NCBI GenBank assembly: GCA_040767085.1
Contig: JAXGPF010000008.1
Span: 32,001 to 96,000 of the forward strand
DNA length: 64,000 nt
Direction: 5' to 3'
Origin: Kiritimatiellia bacterium
GTDB taxonomy: Bacteria > Verrucomicrobiota > Kiritimatiellia > JAAZAB01
Shown here: in pieces, positions 37,290-46,190 of the stretch
Position numbering within the stretch: position 1 is the first letter of the stretch
Layout: the number at the start of each line of letters is the position of its first letter
Made by a program: the position numbers and the translations under genes
The notes under the pieces: model-generated
The model's input: the letters and a program-made list of their open reading frames with translations, nothing else
Told to the model about the DNA's origin: nothing
Databases searched by the model: none

Positions 37290-37811
37290 ATGATGCAAAC
37301 CAGCAAAAGGCATGCCGGCCAGGCGATGGTGGAACTGGCGGTGGGGCTGGTGGCCATGATAGTGCTGCTGGGAGCGCTGATTCAGATTGGCCGGCTGGTG
37401 CAGGCGCGTTCGCGCACCATGATGGAAGCGCGGGCCGCCGCCGGCGCGCTGGGCCTGGCGGCCACCAATGTGGCGGGAGCGCTGGGCGGCGATTATATAT
37501 ATAACTGGCATGCCGGCCGCGACGGCCGCGCTTACACCCGGGACGATGTGCCCCTGGCCGCCACCGGCGCCGCGGCGGCCGTGCAGGCGGCAGTGGCCGC
37601 TTCGGGCATGGCGGGCGTGCCCGCGCCGCCGGCCAATCCGTTCAACGGCCTGGCGGCGGGCGTCCATCCGGCGCAGGATTTCGCCCTGGTTCACGGCGCG
37701 GAATCCGAATCCGTGGAGGTGCTGCCGGTGGTCCGCCAGCTGGTTTATAATGATGATGCTATCGCCGTTTCCAGCAGCGCCTGGCTGGTCTGGATGGAGG
37801 GGATTTATTGA
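37290..37811 (+). CDS. TadE-like minor pilin
   Basis: G/QAMVELAVGLVAM class III signal. Confidence 0.82.
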   Translation: MMQTSKRHAGQAMVELAVGLVAMIVLLGALIQIGRLVQARSRTMMEARAAAGALGLAATNVAGALGGDYIYNWHAGRDGRAYTRDDVPLAATGAAAAVQAAVAASGMAGVPAPPANPFNGLAAGVHPAQDFALVHGAESESVEVLPVVRQLVYNDDAIAVSSSAWLVWMEGIY

Positions 37812-38045
37812 CGCGGATGATGCCCGCAATCCGGGCTAACCTCAGATTGTCGAATGATGATCTCCGAATAATGAAGGGGCGGGCATTTGTTGACTTTGAT
37901 ATTCTGCGGTTTATCATTTGTCAATTTGCGGTTAAACTTTGGGCATGGTTCAAAAACATGCCTTTTTGGGTAACAGAAGGCAGTATACGCCTGTCACGCA
38001 TGAATGCGCAAGAATTTGATCGGACTTGGGCGGGATTATGGTCGT

Positions 38046-39539
38046 TCAAGCCGCGCGCTTGAACATTTCAAACCCCAGCAATTCCAGCCAGTGCGGATGA
38101 GTTTTGCCGGATAGTAATTCGGCGGGACTTTTATCAACGCGCTCGGGATGTTCACTGCGCAGGAATCGCCGATGGTTGAAGAAGAAACGGAGTAGGTCCA
38201 GATAGCCGTTTCCGATCTGGCGGCGCAGGAAAAAGTAGCGCCGGAGACGGCTGTTGATGTTCTCAATAATGGAGCTGGCGCGGACAACGCCGGCGATGAT
38301 TTTCCGGACGCTTTGCTCCGCGGCGCCTGATTGTTCATCTGATTGTTCACACGGAATATCATCAGCAATGTGGTCCTGGTCGGACGCGCGTTCCTTGATG
38401 CGCTGATTAAAGAGCCGGCGCATATCGGATGGATCCAAGTTGAGTTCGTTGGCGGATGCAATGAGCCTATCGTCTATTTCCTGCGCAAAGGCCAGGAGCA
38501 GGTCGCGTTGGTTTTCCAACATGACACGCACCGGCTGGATTCTGTGCGGACGCAGATGTTCTCTTTGCCGCAACGATTCAATCACGAAATCCAACAGTTG
38601 CCGGCGGGTGTCAACGTTGCCGCCCGCCAGAGAAAGAATATCGTTGCGCAGCCATCCGGCCAAGGTGCTTATATCATCGGCCAGATTGATAGCCGCGGCT
38701 TCGGCCTGACCGGCCACGGCGAGACGTTTCGAGTATTTGTTGCCATTGCCTTTTCTTTTTGCTTTGGTCATTTTTGCCTCCGTTTTTTCGAGAGCCGACA
38801 TTGCGCCGAATGCGCGATTCTCCAGATATACCGTCAGTCGCCCCATATCCAAGAGTGCGTGAAACACATCTCCCCGGCATGGAATATCCGGCCATGCCAG
38901 CGTTTGCCCGGCTCGGAGTCCCAAGCCGCCGTCGGCAACAGTGTAATCCGGCTGAAGGCCTTTGTCGCCGAGCTCCATCAGCCGCAATGCCCATGTGTCG
39001 CCATCGCGCGAGTTTTCCAGACTCAAAAGATAGCAATATGTGGAATCAGCGTCCGCGCCGACCAATACCGGCTGCCGCGCCTGGAATATTTCATCATGGG
39101 CGCCGACTCTGACAGACTCCAAACGCTCGTTGGCGTTAACGGTTTTAGCTTTGCCAACGGCATCCATAAGCGTGTTATGCACGGAGCCAATGGAAATATC
39201 GAAGTCCAGCAGGTCGCGCATGAACTCCACCACGCCCCGGAATGAGCTGTGACAGATTAAAACCAGACCGAGAACGGCTTTACGGAGCCATGCCTTTGTC
39301 ACCGGCAGATAAAACAAGACCTCCTCGTCGGGGAATTTGTCGTCGAACGCTTGGTCTAAAATATTGTTCGCTTTTGCCGATTGCCGATACACAAACTTCC
39401 GGCTGACACCGCTGGCGGCGGCCAGCCGTGAGACCGGTGTTTTCCGCGACAACGCCGCGACAGCCAATGCCTGGCGCGCGCGCGGCGGCAGATTTTTTGC
39501 GGAAGACGGACAATCTCTTGACGCAGTCAACATGGGCAT
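38046..39539 (-). CDS. DDE transposase, family unassigned
   Basis: N-terminal HTH (VSRLAAASGVSRKFVY); HDEIF / VADGG / DVFH / SSIIENINSRLR; KSPAELL. Confidence 0.85.
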   Translation of the reverse strand: MPMLTASRDCPSSAKNLPPRARQALAVAALSRKTPVSRLAAASGVSRKFVYRQSAKANNILDQAFDDKFPDEEVLFYLPVTKAWLRKAVLGLVLICHSSFRGVVEFMRDLLDFDISIGSVHNTLMDAVGKAKTVNANERLESVRVGAHDEIFQARQPVLVGADADSTYCYLLSLENSRDGDTWALRLMELGDKGLQPDYTVADGGLGLRAGQTLAWPDIPCRGDVFHALLDMGRLTVYLENRAFGAMSALEKTEAKMTKAKRKGNGNKYSKRLAVAGQAEAAAINLADDISTLAGWLRNDILSLAGGNVDTRRQLLDFVIESLRQREHLRPHRIQPVRVMLENQRDLLLAFAQEIDDRLIASANELNLDPSDMRRLFNQRIKERASDQDHIADDIPCEQSDEQSGAAEQSVRKIIAGVVRASSIIENINSRLRRYFFLRRQIGNGYLDLLRFFFNHRRFLRSEHPERVDKSPAELLSGKTHPHWLELLGFEMFKRAA

Positions 39540-39545
39540 GTCTCC

Positions 39546-39908
39546 TCAAGCGTGTGATTTGCGCCGTTGGCGCGATTTAGTTTTCACGGCAATTCCGCGA
39601 CGGAACTTTTTCAGATTGGAATCTGAAATCCTCTGAACAAGTTTTTTCAACTTCCGATAATCCTCCGCCGCCCGGCGGGCTTCCGCTTCCATGCTTTTCG
39701 GCACGTGCAGCCCCATGCTCCGGCCTTTGTGCTTGTAGGTGAAAGTCAAAGCGGTATGGCGGAACCGAGAATTTTTAGCGCAGCGGCATGTGGGTTTGCC
39801 GCACTGGACACGGGTTTTGCAAAGCGAGGCTTTGATAAGGCCCTGGCAGGATGCCAGCGCCATGGCGCGGGATTTTGGTTTCGATTCGGCGATGCGTGTA
39901 GCGGACAT
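39546..39908 (-). CDS. Small basic IS accessory protein (DUF6788-like)
   Basis: CGKPTCRC..H motif; AGGAG RBS; directly upstream of the transposase. Confidence 0.78.
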   Translation of the reverse strand: MSATRIAESKPKSRAMALASCQGLIKASLCKTRVQCGKPTCRCAKNSRFRHTALTFTYKHKGRSMGLHVPKSMEAEARRAAEDYRKLKKLVQRISDSNLKKFRRGIAVKTKSRQRRKSHA

Positions 39909-39948
39909 GGGGCAACTCCTTTCTGATTAGATTATTACAACAAGACAC

Positions 39949-39977
39949 AAGATACAAAAAAAACGCCGCGGCGTCAA
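39949..39977 (-). promoter_or_regulatory. Putative promoter for the IS genes
   Basis: TTGACG-N17-TATCTT on the minus strand, 40 nt upstream of ATG 39908. Confidence 0.5.
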
Positions 39978-40340
39978 CATTTTTCTAAAAAAATATTAAA
40001 TTTTTCTTCTTGTCGTAACCGATTGAATATCAACGAATTACCCCCCCCCGGTTTTCCGCGTTTTTTTTACTTGACAGCGGACGTCCAATGCGGCTATTCT
40101 TACGCCAGTTTTTTGGGGGAATTGTCTTTCAAAAAAACAGGTTGGAGAAACGCGGGGGTTCGGGGGAATGGCGGCAGCGCTCCCGGCGGAGCTTGGCAGT
40201 CCACAGCCTGAACAACCCGCATAAACGAATGGTGATTTTGCGGGAAACACCGGACGATTTTACCGGAAAAGTGTTACCCGAAAATGAACCAGGCCAAACT
40301 TTGCTTGTTTTTATGGCAGTGCTTCAGGGATAAGGCGCAA

Positions 40341-41066
40341 ATGCAACGGGGCCGGATATTTTTAATCTGCCTGCTGGGCATGGGGCTGGTTGCCGGGCCG
40401 GCGGCCAGCCGCGTGTTCTGGCGGCGCACCGCATCCGGCCCGGCGGTTTTGGATAGCCTGCCGGGCTGGCGGACGGTGTATCGGGCGGATGTCCGCATCA
40501 ACGGCCGGCCCGGCGCGCTGCATATTGCCGCCTGCGATGAGGCGGCGCCGGCGGCGGCGGAACGGTTGCGCGGCGCCTGGCGCGGCGGCGCTCCAGCGTT
40601 CCAGCAGGGCGCGGGCATCAGCACGGGAACGGCCCGCGCCGCCGGCCGGGTCAGTCGTTTTTTGTTGCTGGAAATGCCGAATACGGCTACAACTTTGGTC
40701 TTTGTGCTGGAGCAGTCGGAGGAAGATTACCGCGCATCGCTCGCGCCGCCGGGCGCCGCCGGCCTGGCCGGCTGGCCGGTGTACCCCGGCAGCCTGCCGC
40801 GGCTGCGGGTGGAGAATGGGGCGACGGGGGCGGGTCTGGCCGTCATGACGGCGGGCGCCAGCGCGGCGGCGGCGGCGGACTTTTACCGGGAGGCGCTCGC
40901 GGCGCGCGGCTTCCAGCCGTTGTTGCCCGAGCCGTCCGGCGGGCGGGATCGAAGTTTGCTGATTTACGGCAAGGGGCGGGCGCTGTGTTGCGTGCTGGCC
41001 AGTGAAGGCGGCGGGCCGGCGCAAAGCACCATAACTTTATTGTGCAGAAACCTGGAGATGGATTGA
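40341..41066 (+). CDS. Hypothetical exported protein
   Basis: Signal-peptide-like N-terminus; 8 nt from the TolC start. Confidence 0.7.
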   Translation: MQRGRIFLICLLGMGLVAGPAASRVFWRRTASGPAVLDSLPGWRTVYRADVRINGRPGALHIAACDEAAPAAAERLRGAWRGGAPAFQQGAGISTGTARAAGRVSRFLLLEMPNTATTLVFVLEQSEEDYRASLAPPGAAGLAGWPVYPGSLPRLRVENGATGAGLAVMTAGASAAAAADFYREALAARGFQPLLPEPSGGRDRSLLIYGKGRALCCVLASEGGGPAQSTITLLCRNLEMD

Positions 41067-41074
41067 CGCTGGCA

Positions 41075-42508
41075 ATGAATCGTTGTTTAAGCGCGGTGTT
41101 GGCTGGTATTTTACTGGTGACGAATGGCTGGAGCGCGGCGCGCGACGACTTGCAGGCGCTGGTGTCCGCCGCCATGGAGTGGAATCCGCGGATCAGGGCG
41201 GCCGTCTGTCAGCAGGAACAGGCCGCCGCCGACCGCGCCGGGCTGCGCGGCTTCTTCGATCCGCAGCTTTCGGCCGGCGGCGAATACCTGGATTCGGTTT
41301 ACGGCCGGCGCGAGACCCTGCTGCAGGCCGGTGTGCATGCGCCGGTGGGCCCCGGCGTCTACCTGGACGCCGCCGTGGAAGAGCGTTTTTTCGACCAGAT
41401 GGGCGATGTGGATTCGACCAGCCTGGAATACGACCGCCTGATTCAAAGCCGGGTCTGGCTGGGATTGAATGTGCCCCTGCTGCAGGACCGCGGCTGGCGG
41501 CAGTGGCGGTTGGAGGATTTGCAGGCGCGGCACGCGGTGGCGGCGGCGGACCGGCAATTGCTGGCAGTGCGGCAGGAAGTGCGCCGGGAAGTCGAGCAGC
41601 AGTATTTCACGCTGATCGAAGCCCGGGCTTCGATCAACGTCGCCAAATCGGCCGCCGAGCGCGCGGAGAAACTGCTGCGCGAAGCGGAAGCCATGGTCAG
41701 CGTGCAGGCGCTGCCGGAATACCAGGTGTATGCCGCGCGTTCCGCGGCGGCTTTGCGCCAGGAGGAAGTGCTGGCAGCCCGCCAGAATTACGATGCCGCC
41801 GTGCTGGTGCTGAACTCGCTGGTCGGAGCGCCCGTCCCCCCCGCGCTGTCGGACCCGGCCCTGGAAGATTTAATTGACTGGGCCATGGCGTTGCGGCTGC
41901 CGGAGCAGTACCGCCTGGCCCAAATCCTTTCCGCGCGCGGCAACTACGCCCGGATCATGTCGCAGATCGAGGCGGACCGCGCCGCCCGCGACCTGGCGGA
42001 AGACCAGTTGCGGTCCCGGTTGAGCCTGGTGCTGGAAACCACCCTGCAGGGGGAGGACCCCGACGACCTGGCGGCCACCGGCCGATACCTCAGCGCGCGC
42101 AATGCCGGCGTGCTGGCCGGCGTGGTGTGGAGCCGTCCCTGGGGCTACCGCGCGGAAAAAGCCCAGGTGCGTGTCAAAACCGCCCAACTGGCTGAGCAGG
42201 GCGAGTCGCTGCGGCAGGCGGAGTTGACGATTGCCACAGAACTGGCGGTGGCGCATAAGCGGTTTGCCTCCGCCCACGGGCGGTTGCGGGAGGCGTCGGC
42301 CGCGGTGGCCGCCGCCCAACTGGCGCTGGACTCCGAGGATGAGCGTTTCCGCCTGGGCGAAGGGCGCAGCCGAAATGTGCTGGATGCGCAAAAAGACTTG
42401 ACGGACGCGTTAAAACGGCAAATAGTAGCAGGCGTGGAATTATTGCGCGCTTATTATGCGTTTGATTTCGCCGCCGGGTACAGCCTGGCGGACGCCGAGG
42501 AATTATGA
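41075..42508 (+). CDS. TolC-family outer-membrane efflux protein
   Basis: Signal peptide; AMEWNPRI, VPLLQ, ERFRLGEGRSRNVLDAQ coiled-coil pattern. Confidence 0.88.
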   Translation: MNRCLSAVLAGILLVTNGWSAARDDLQALVSAAMEWNPRIRAAVCQQEQAAADRAGLRGFFDPQLSAGGEYLDSVYGRRETLLQAGVHAPVGPGVYLDAAVEERFFDQMGDVDSTSLEYDRLIQSRVWLGLNVPLLQDRGWRQWRLEDLQARHAVAAADRQLLAVRQEVRREVEQQYFTLIEARASINVAKSAAERAEKLLREAEAMVSVQALPEYQVYAARSAAALRQEEVLAARQNYDAAVLVLNSLVGAPVPPALSDPALEDLIDWAMALRLPEQYRLAQILSARGNYARIMSQIEADRAARDLAEDQLRSRLSLVLETTLQGEDPDDLAATGRYLSARNAGVLAGVVWSRPWGYRAEKAQVRVKTAQLAEQGESLRQAELTIATELAVAHKRFASAHGRLREASAAVAAAQLALDSEDERFRLGEGRSRNVLDAQKDLTDALKRQIVAGVELLRAYYAFDFAAGYSLADAEEL

Positions 42509-43329
42509 TGACGAGATTGCGGAATTTATTCGGTTTCGGCGAGGACCGGGATGATGATTTGCAGCCGCCGCTGGAAAACTCCATCCTGCCCGATCACCAG
42601 CGCGACAAGCTGGAGCGGGATATCCAGATCCTGGAGGATGAATACGGCCTCAAGGAAAAGCAACTGCACAAGGAGGCGGAGCGCCAGGTGCAGGATGCCG
42701 CCAAGGATTCGCTCAAGCAGATGCACGTGATCCAGATGGGGCGCTGCCCGCATTGCGGCGAGCACTTGAGCGAGCATATGTTCGCCGCCATTTGCGAATC
42801 CTGCGGGTGGAATACCTTCGACGTACCGCGCACCGGCCCGATCAAGGTGCATTTGAAGGACCATGCCACCGTGCTGGACGCCCAGCGCTGTTACGTGACT
42901 TCGGCCGGGGATGTCTTTGTGGTCAATAACGATGTGGTCACCGCGCGCCTGCTCAAGGGGGCGGTGGATTGGATCGAGTACCCCTGGTCGTCCGAGGAAC
43001 TGGACCAGCGCTACAAGGCGACGCTGGAGCGCCTGCACATCACCTGCGGCTGGTGCAACAGCAAGGTGGATCCCTCCAGCGAAGGCTTCCATATGGTGCA
43101 CGTGGCTTTCGGCGCCAGCCAGGAGCGCTATGTGTTTTGTTCGGACGCCTGTTACGAGGCTTTCCGCAAGATGTACCCCGCCCGCGTGCATCGCAATTGT
43201 TACGAACGCAAATGCTCGGAATGCAATCTGTGCGTGAAGCGGTACGATGACGACGAGGATGGCAGCATGCGCCTGATTGCCAAGGACCTGCTGCGTTTCA
43301 AGGCTTTTAGAAAACAGCAATCGGGTTAA
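42505..43329 (+). CDS. Cys-rich cytoplasmic metal-binding hypothetical protein
   Basis: 13 Cys: CPHC..CESC, CGWC..FCSDAC (TRASH-like), CYERKCSECNLC; ATGA overlap with TolC. Confidence 0.82.
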   Translation: MMTRLRNLFGFGEDRDDDLQPPLENSILPDHQRDKLERDIQILEDEYGLKEKQLHKEAERQVQDAAKDSLKQMHVIQMGRCPHCGEHLSEHMFAAICESCGWNTFDVPRTGPIKVHLKDHATVLDAQRCYVTSAGDVFVVNNDVVTARLLKGAVDWIEYPWSSEELDQRYKATLERLHITCGWCNSKVDPSSEGFHMVHVAFGASQERYVFCSDACYEAFRKMYPARVHRNCYERKCSECNLCVKRYDDDEDGSMRLIAKDLLRFKAFRKQQSG

Positions 43330-43335
43330 TCGAAT

Positions 43336-44379
43336 ATGGGCGTGGTGCATACTCCCGGGCCGGGCCGGCCCATGCCGCTGCCGGCCAAAACGCGACGCTG
43401 GCTGGCGCGCCGCATGTTGCTGCGGCTGGGCGCGGCGCTGGTGCTGGTGGCCATCGCCGGCTGGTTCATCCGCGTGCCGCGCGTGGTCTGGGCCAACGGC
43501 AATGTGATTTCCGAGGAATACGCCGAAATCCGGCCCGCCGTGGCCGGCACGGTGCAATCCATCGCGGCGCATTCAGGCGACCAGGTGCGGCGCGGCGACC
43601 TGCTGGTGCAGTTGGATAATGCCGAGGCGCTGGCCACCCTGGAGGAGGCGCGGCGCCAGATGCACAAGGCCGAAGCGGAGTTGACGCGGCGCGAGGCGGA
43701 AGTCGCCGAGCAGAAACGCCGCCGGGCCGAAGATATGGCGGTGGTGGACCTGCGCCTGCAGAATGCGCGCAGCCGCCTGGCCCGCATCAAGGAATTGCTC
43801 AGCCGCGGGCTGGTGGCCGGCAGCGCCCTGGAGGACGAACAGTTGAAGGTGGACCTGATCCAGGCCGAGTTGGAATCGCTGCGCCAGCAGGATATGAGCG
43901 TTTATGACAAGGAATTGGCCGTGGTGCGGGAGGAACTGGCGGCCCGGCGGGAGGCCGTCACGCGCGCCGAAGCCGCCGCGCAGGCCCGCGCTATCCGCGC
44001 GCCGATTGACGGCCAGGTGCTGCGCTACGAATTCGTCACCGGCGAAATGGTCCGGCCCGACGTGGTGCTGATGGAAATTTTCGGCGGCGAGGGGCAGGTG
44101 CTGAAACTGCGGATACCCGAGCGCCATGCGGCGCGCGTGAAGGCCGGCGACCCTTATCGCGCGCGCCTGGCCTCCTACGGCGGCTTGCGGGACATCTGGT
44201 TCCGGGGCGAGGTCCAGCATCTGCGCAATGTGATTCAATACGAAGGCGCATCCGGTTACCGGGTGGCTTACTGCAGTTTCGATCCGCAAGGCCGGGGCGT
44301 GCCGCCCGGCGCCACGGCTGAAGCGCGGGTGTATTGCGGCCGCACGCGGCTTTGGCTGTTCCTGCTGGGTCTGGAATAA
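43336..44379 (+). CDS. HlyD-family membrane fusion protein
   Basis: TM, VAGTV..GDQVRRGDLLVQLD, coiled coil, IRAPIDGQV. Confidence 0.9.
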   Translation: MGVVHTPGPGRPMPLPAKTRRWLARRMLLRLGAALVLVAIAGWFIRVPRVVWANGNVISEEYAEIRPAVAGTVQSIAAHSGDQVRRGDLLVQLDNAEALATLEEARRQMHKAEAELTRREAEVAEQKRRRAEDMAVVDLRLQNARSRLARIKELLSRGLVAGSALEDEQLKVDLIQAELESLRQQDMSVYDKELAVVREELAARREAVTRAEAAAQARAIRAPIDGQVLRYEFVTGEMVRPDVVLMEIFGGEGQVLKLRIPERHAARVKAGDPYRARLASYGGLRDIWFRGEVQHLRNVIQYEGASGYRVAYCSFDPQGRGVPPGATAEARVYCGRTRLWLFLLGLE

Positions 44380-44432
44380 ATCCGCCGCCGTGCCGGCGCG
44401 CCATGCCAGGCAGCCGCGCCGCAACCTTTTTC

Positions 44433-46190
44433 ATGACGCCCCCCGGAAAATCCGAGCTGGCGCAGGTGATGGAATTCCTGCGGCCTTATCGCGTGCGCCT
44501 GGTGCAAATGCTGCTGTTGACCACGGCGCTTTCGATCCTGGCCATGCTGCCGCCGCTGTTGACCCGGGCGTTCATTGACCGCGTGGTGGAAGGCGGCCAT
44601 CGGAATCTGTTCCTGCCGCTGAGCGTCGGTCTGTTGCTGACGCCGCTCCTGGTGGCCGTGGCCGGTTTCCTGCAAACGCAGGGGATCGCCTATATCGGGC
44701 AGCGCTTTGTTTTCGACCTGCGCTGCGCCTTGTACCGGCACTTGCTCGCCATGTCGCTCCGCTTTTTCGGCCGGCACAGCACGGGGATGCTCTTGAACCG
44801 GCTGATGGGCGATTCCGGCGTTGTGGCCAACATGCTGTCCGCCCAGACCATCGGCATTCTGTCCGACCTGGTCTGCTCCTCCTTCGCGCTGGTGGTGACT
44901 TTCGTCATCAACTGGCGCCTGGCGCTGGTGATCGCCCTGGTCGTGGTCATTTTCCTTGTCAATTACCATTACAACATCCGGCGCATCCGCGAGGCGTCCT
45001 GGCAGTACAAGCGCTCCTACGACCGCATGTCCGGCGGCGTGCAGAACCGGCTCGTGGCGGGCCTGACGGTCAAAAGTTTCGGCGCCGAGGAGCGCGAGCA
45101 GGATGCGTTCGAGGGCGACTCCGCGGAAAGCGCCGTGCTGCACCAGAACGCCGGCTTCGCCGGGAACGTCTTCCAGCAGAATACGGCCCTGATCCAGAAT
45201 CTCGGACGGGCCATCCTGTATTTCATGGGGTGCGCCATGGTGCTCCGCGGCGACATGACTTACGGCGATGTGCTGGCCTTCACCACCTACGCCATGCAGT
45301 TGCTGGGGCCGGCCGTGCGGTTTTCGGAACTGGCGCGCCCCCTGCAGGATGTGCGGATCGCCGTGGAACGCATCATGGAGCTCTACCGCCAGCAGCCGGA
45401 AGTGCGGGACGATCCGGCGGCCGCGCCGCTGCCGTCCGCCATCCGCGGCCGCGTGGACTTCGAGAAGGTGGATTTCCATTACAACCCCGGCCAGCCGGTG
45501 CTGCGGGAATTCACCTTGCGGGTGAACGCCGGCGAGACCGTGGCGCTGGTCGGCCCCACCGGCTGCGGCAAGAGCACGGTGATGCTTTTGCTGATGCGGT
45601 TTTTCGACGTGTGCGGCGGGAGTTTGAAAATTGACGGCCGCGATGTGCGCGGCATCCGGCTCCGCGATTTGCGCGCCCAGTTCGGCGTGGTGCTGCAGGA
45701 GCCGCTGCTGTTTAACGTCAGCATTGCCGACAACATCCGCTATGCCCGACCCCGCGCCACCCCGGCGGAAATCGAAGCGGCGGCGCGCGTGGCGGAAATC
45801 CACGACTTCATCGCCACGCTGCCGCAAGGCTATCAAACCATGCTGGGCAGCGAGGGCCTGCAGTTGTCGGTGGGACAGAAACAGCGCCTGACCATCGCGC
45901 GCGCGGTGCTGACCGATCCGGCGATCCTGATCATGGACGAGGCGACCAGTTCGCTTGACAGCGACTCGGAACGCGCCATCCAGACGGCGCTGCGGCGGGT
46001 GCTGCGCAATCGCACGGCCTTCATCGTGGCGCACCGGTTGAGCACCATCCGCGACGCCCACCGCATCATCCTGATCCGCGCCGGCAGGATTATCGAGAGC
46101 GGCAGCCATGCAGAACTGATGGCCCTGCCGGACGGCGCCTACAGCGCGCTTTACAACCGCCATGTCGCCAAAGGGGTAATTGATGATTAG
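44433..46190 (+). CDS. ABC exporter TMD-NBD subunit 1
   Basis: GPTGCGKST, LSVGQKQR, IMDEATSSLD, VAHRLST. Confidence 0.93.
   Translation: MTPPGKSELAQVMEFLRPYRVRLVQMLLLTTALSILAMLPPLLTRAFIDRVVEGGHRNLFLPLSVGLLLTPLLVAVAGFLQTQGIAYIGQRFVFDLRCALYRHLLAMSLRFFGRHSTGMLLNRLMGDSGVVANMLSAQTIGILSDLVCSSFALVVTFVINWRLALVIALVVVIFLVNYHYNIRRIREASWQYKRSYDRMSGGVQNRLVAGLTVKSFGAEEREQDAFEGDSAESAVLHQNAGFAGNVFQQNTALIQNLGRAILYFMGCAMVLRGDMTYGDVLAFTTYAMQLLGPAVRFSELARPLQDVRIAVERIMELYRQQPEVRDDPAAAPLPSAIRGRVDFEKVDFHYNPGQPVLREFTLRVNAGETVALVGPTGCGKSTVMLLLMRFFDVCGGSLKIDGRDVRGIRLRDLRAQFGVVLQEPLLFNVSIADNIRYARPRATPAEIEAAARVAEIHDFIATLPQGYQTMLGSEGLQLSVGQKQRLTIARAVLTDPAILIMDEATSSLDSDSERAIQTALRRVLRNRTAFIVAHRLSTIRDAHRIILIRAGRIIESGSHAELMALPDGAYSALYNRHVAKGVIDD

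Larger units (their letters stand above)
37963..40284 (-). mobile_element. Putative two-gene insertion sequence
   Basis: Lower GC; DDE transposase + small Zn-knuckle ORF; 13-bp IR TTTT(T/C)GGGTAACA at 37963-37975 and 40272-40284; no TSD seen. Confidence 0.65.

Noticed and set aside
37808-38062. 84-aa ORF after tadE
   Set aside because: TTG start, low-complexity sequence, and it crosses the putative IS end
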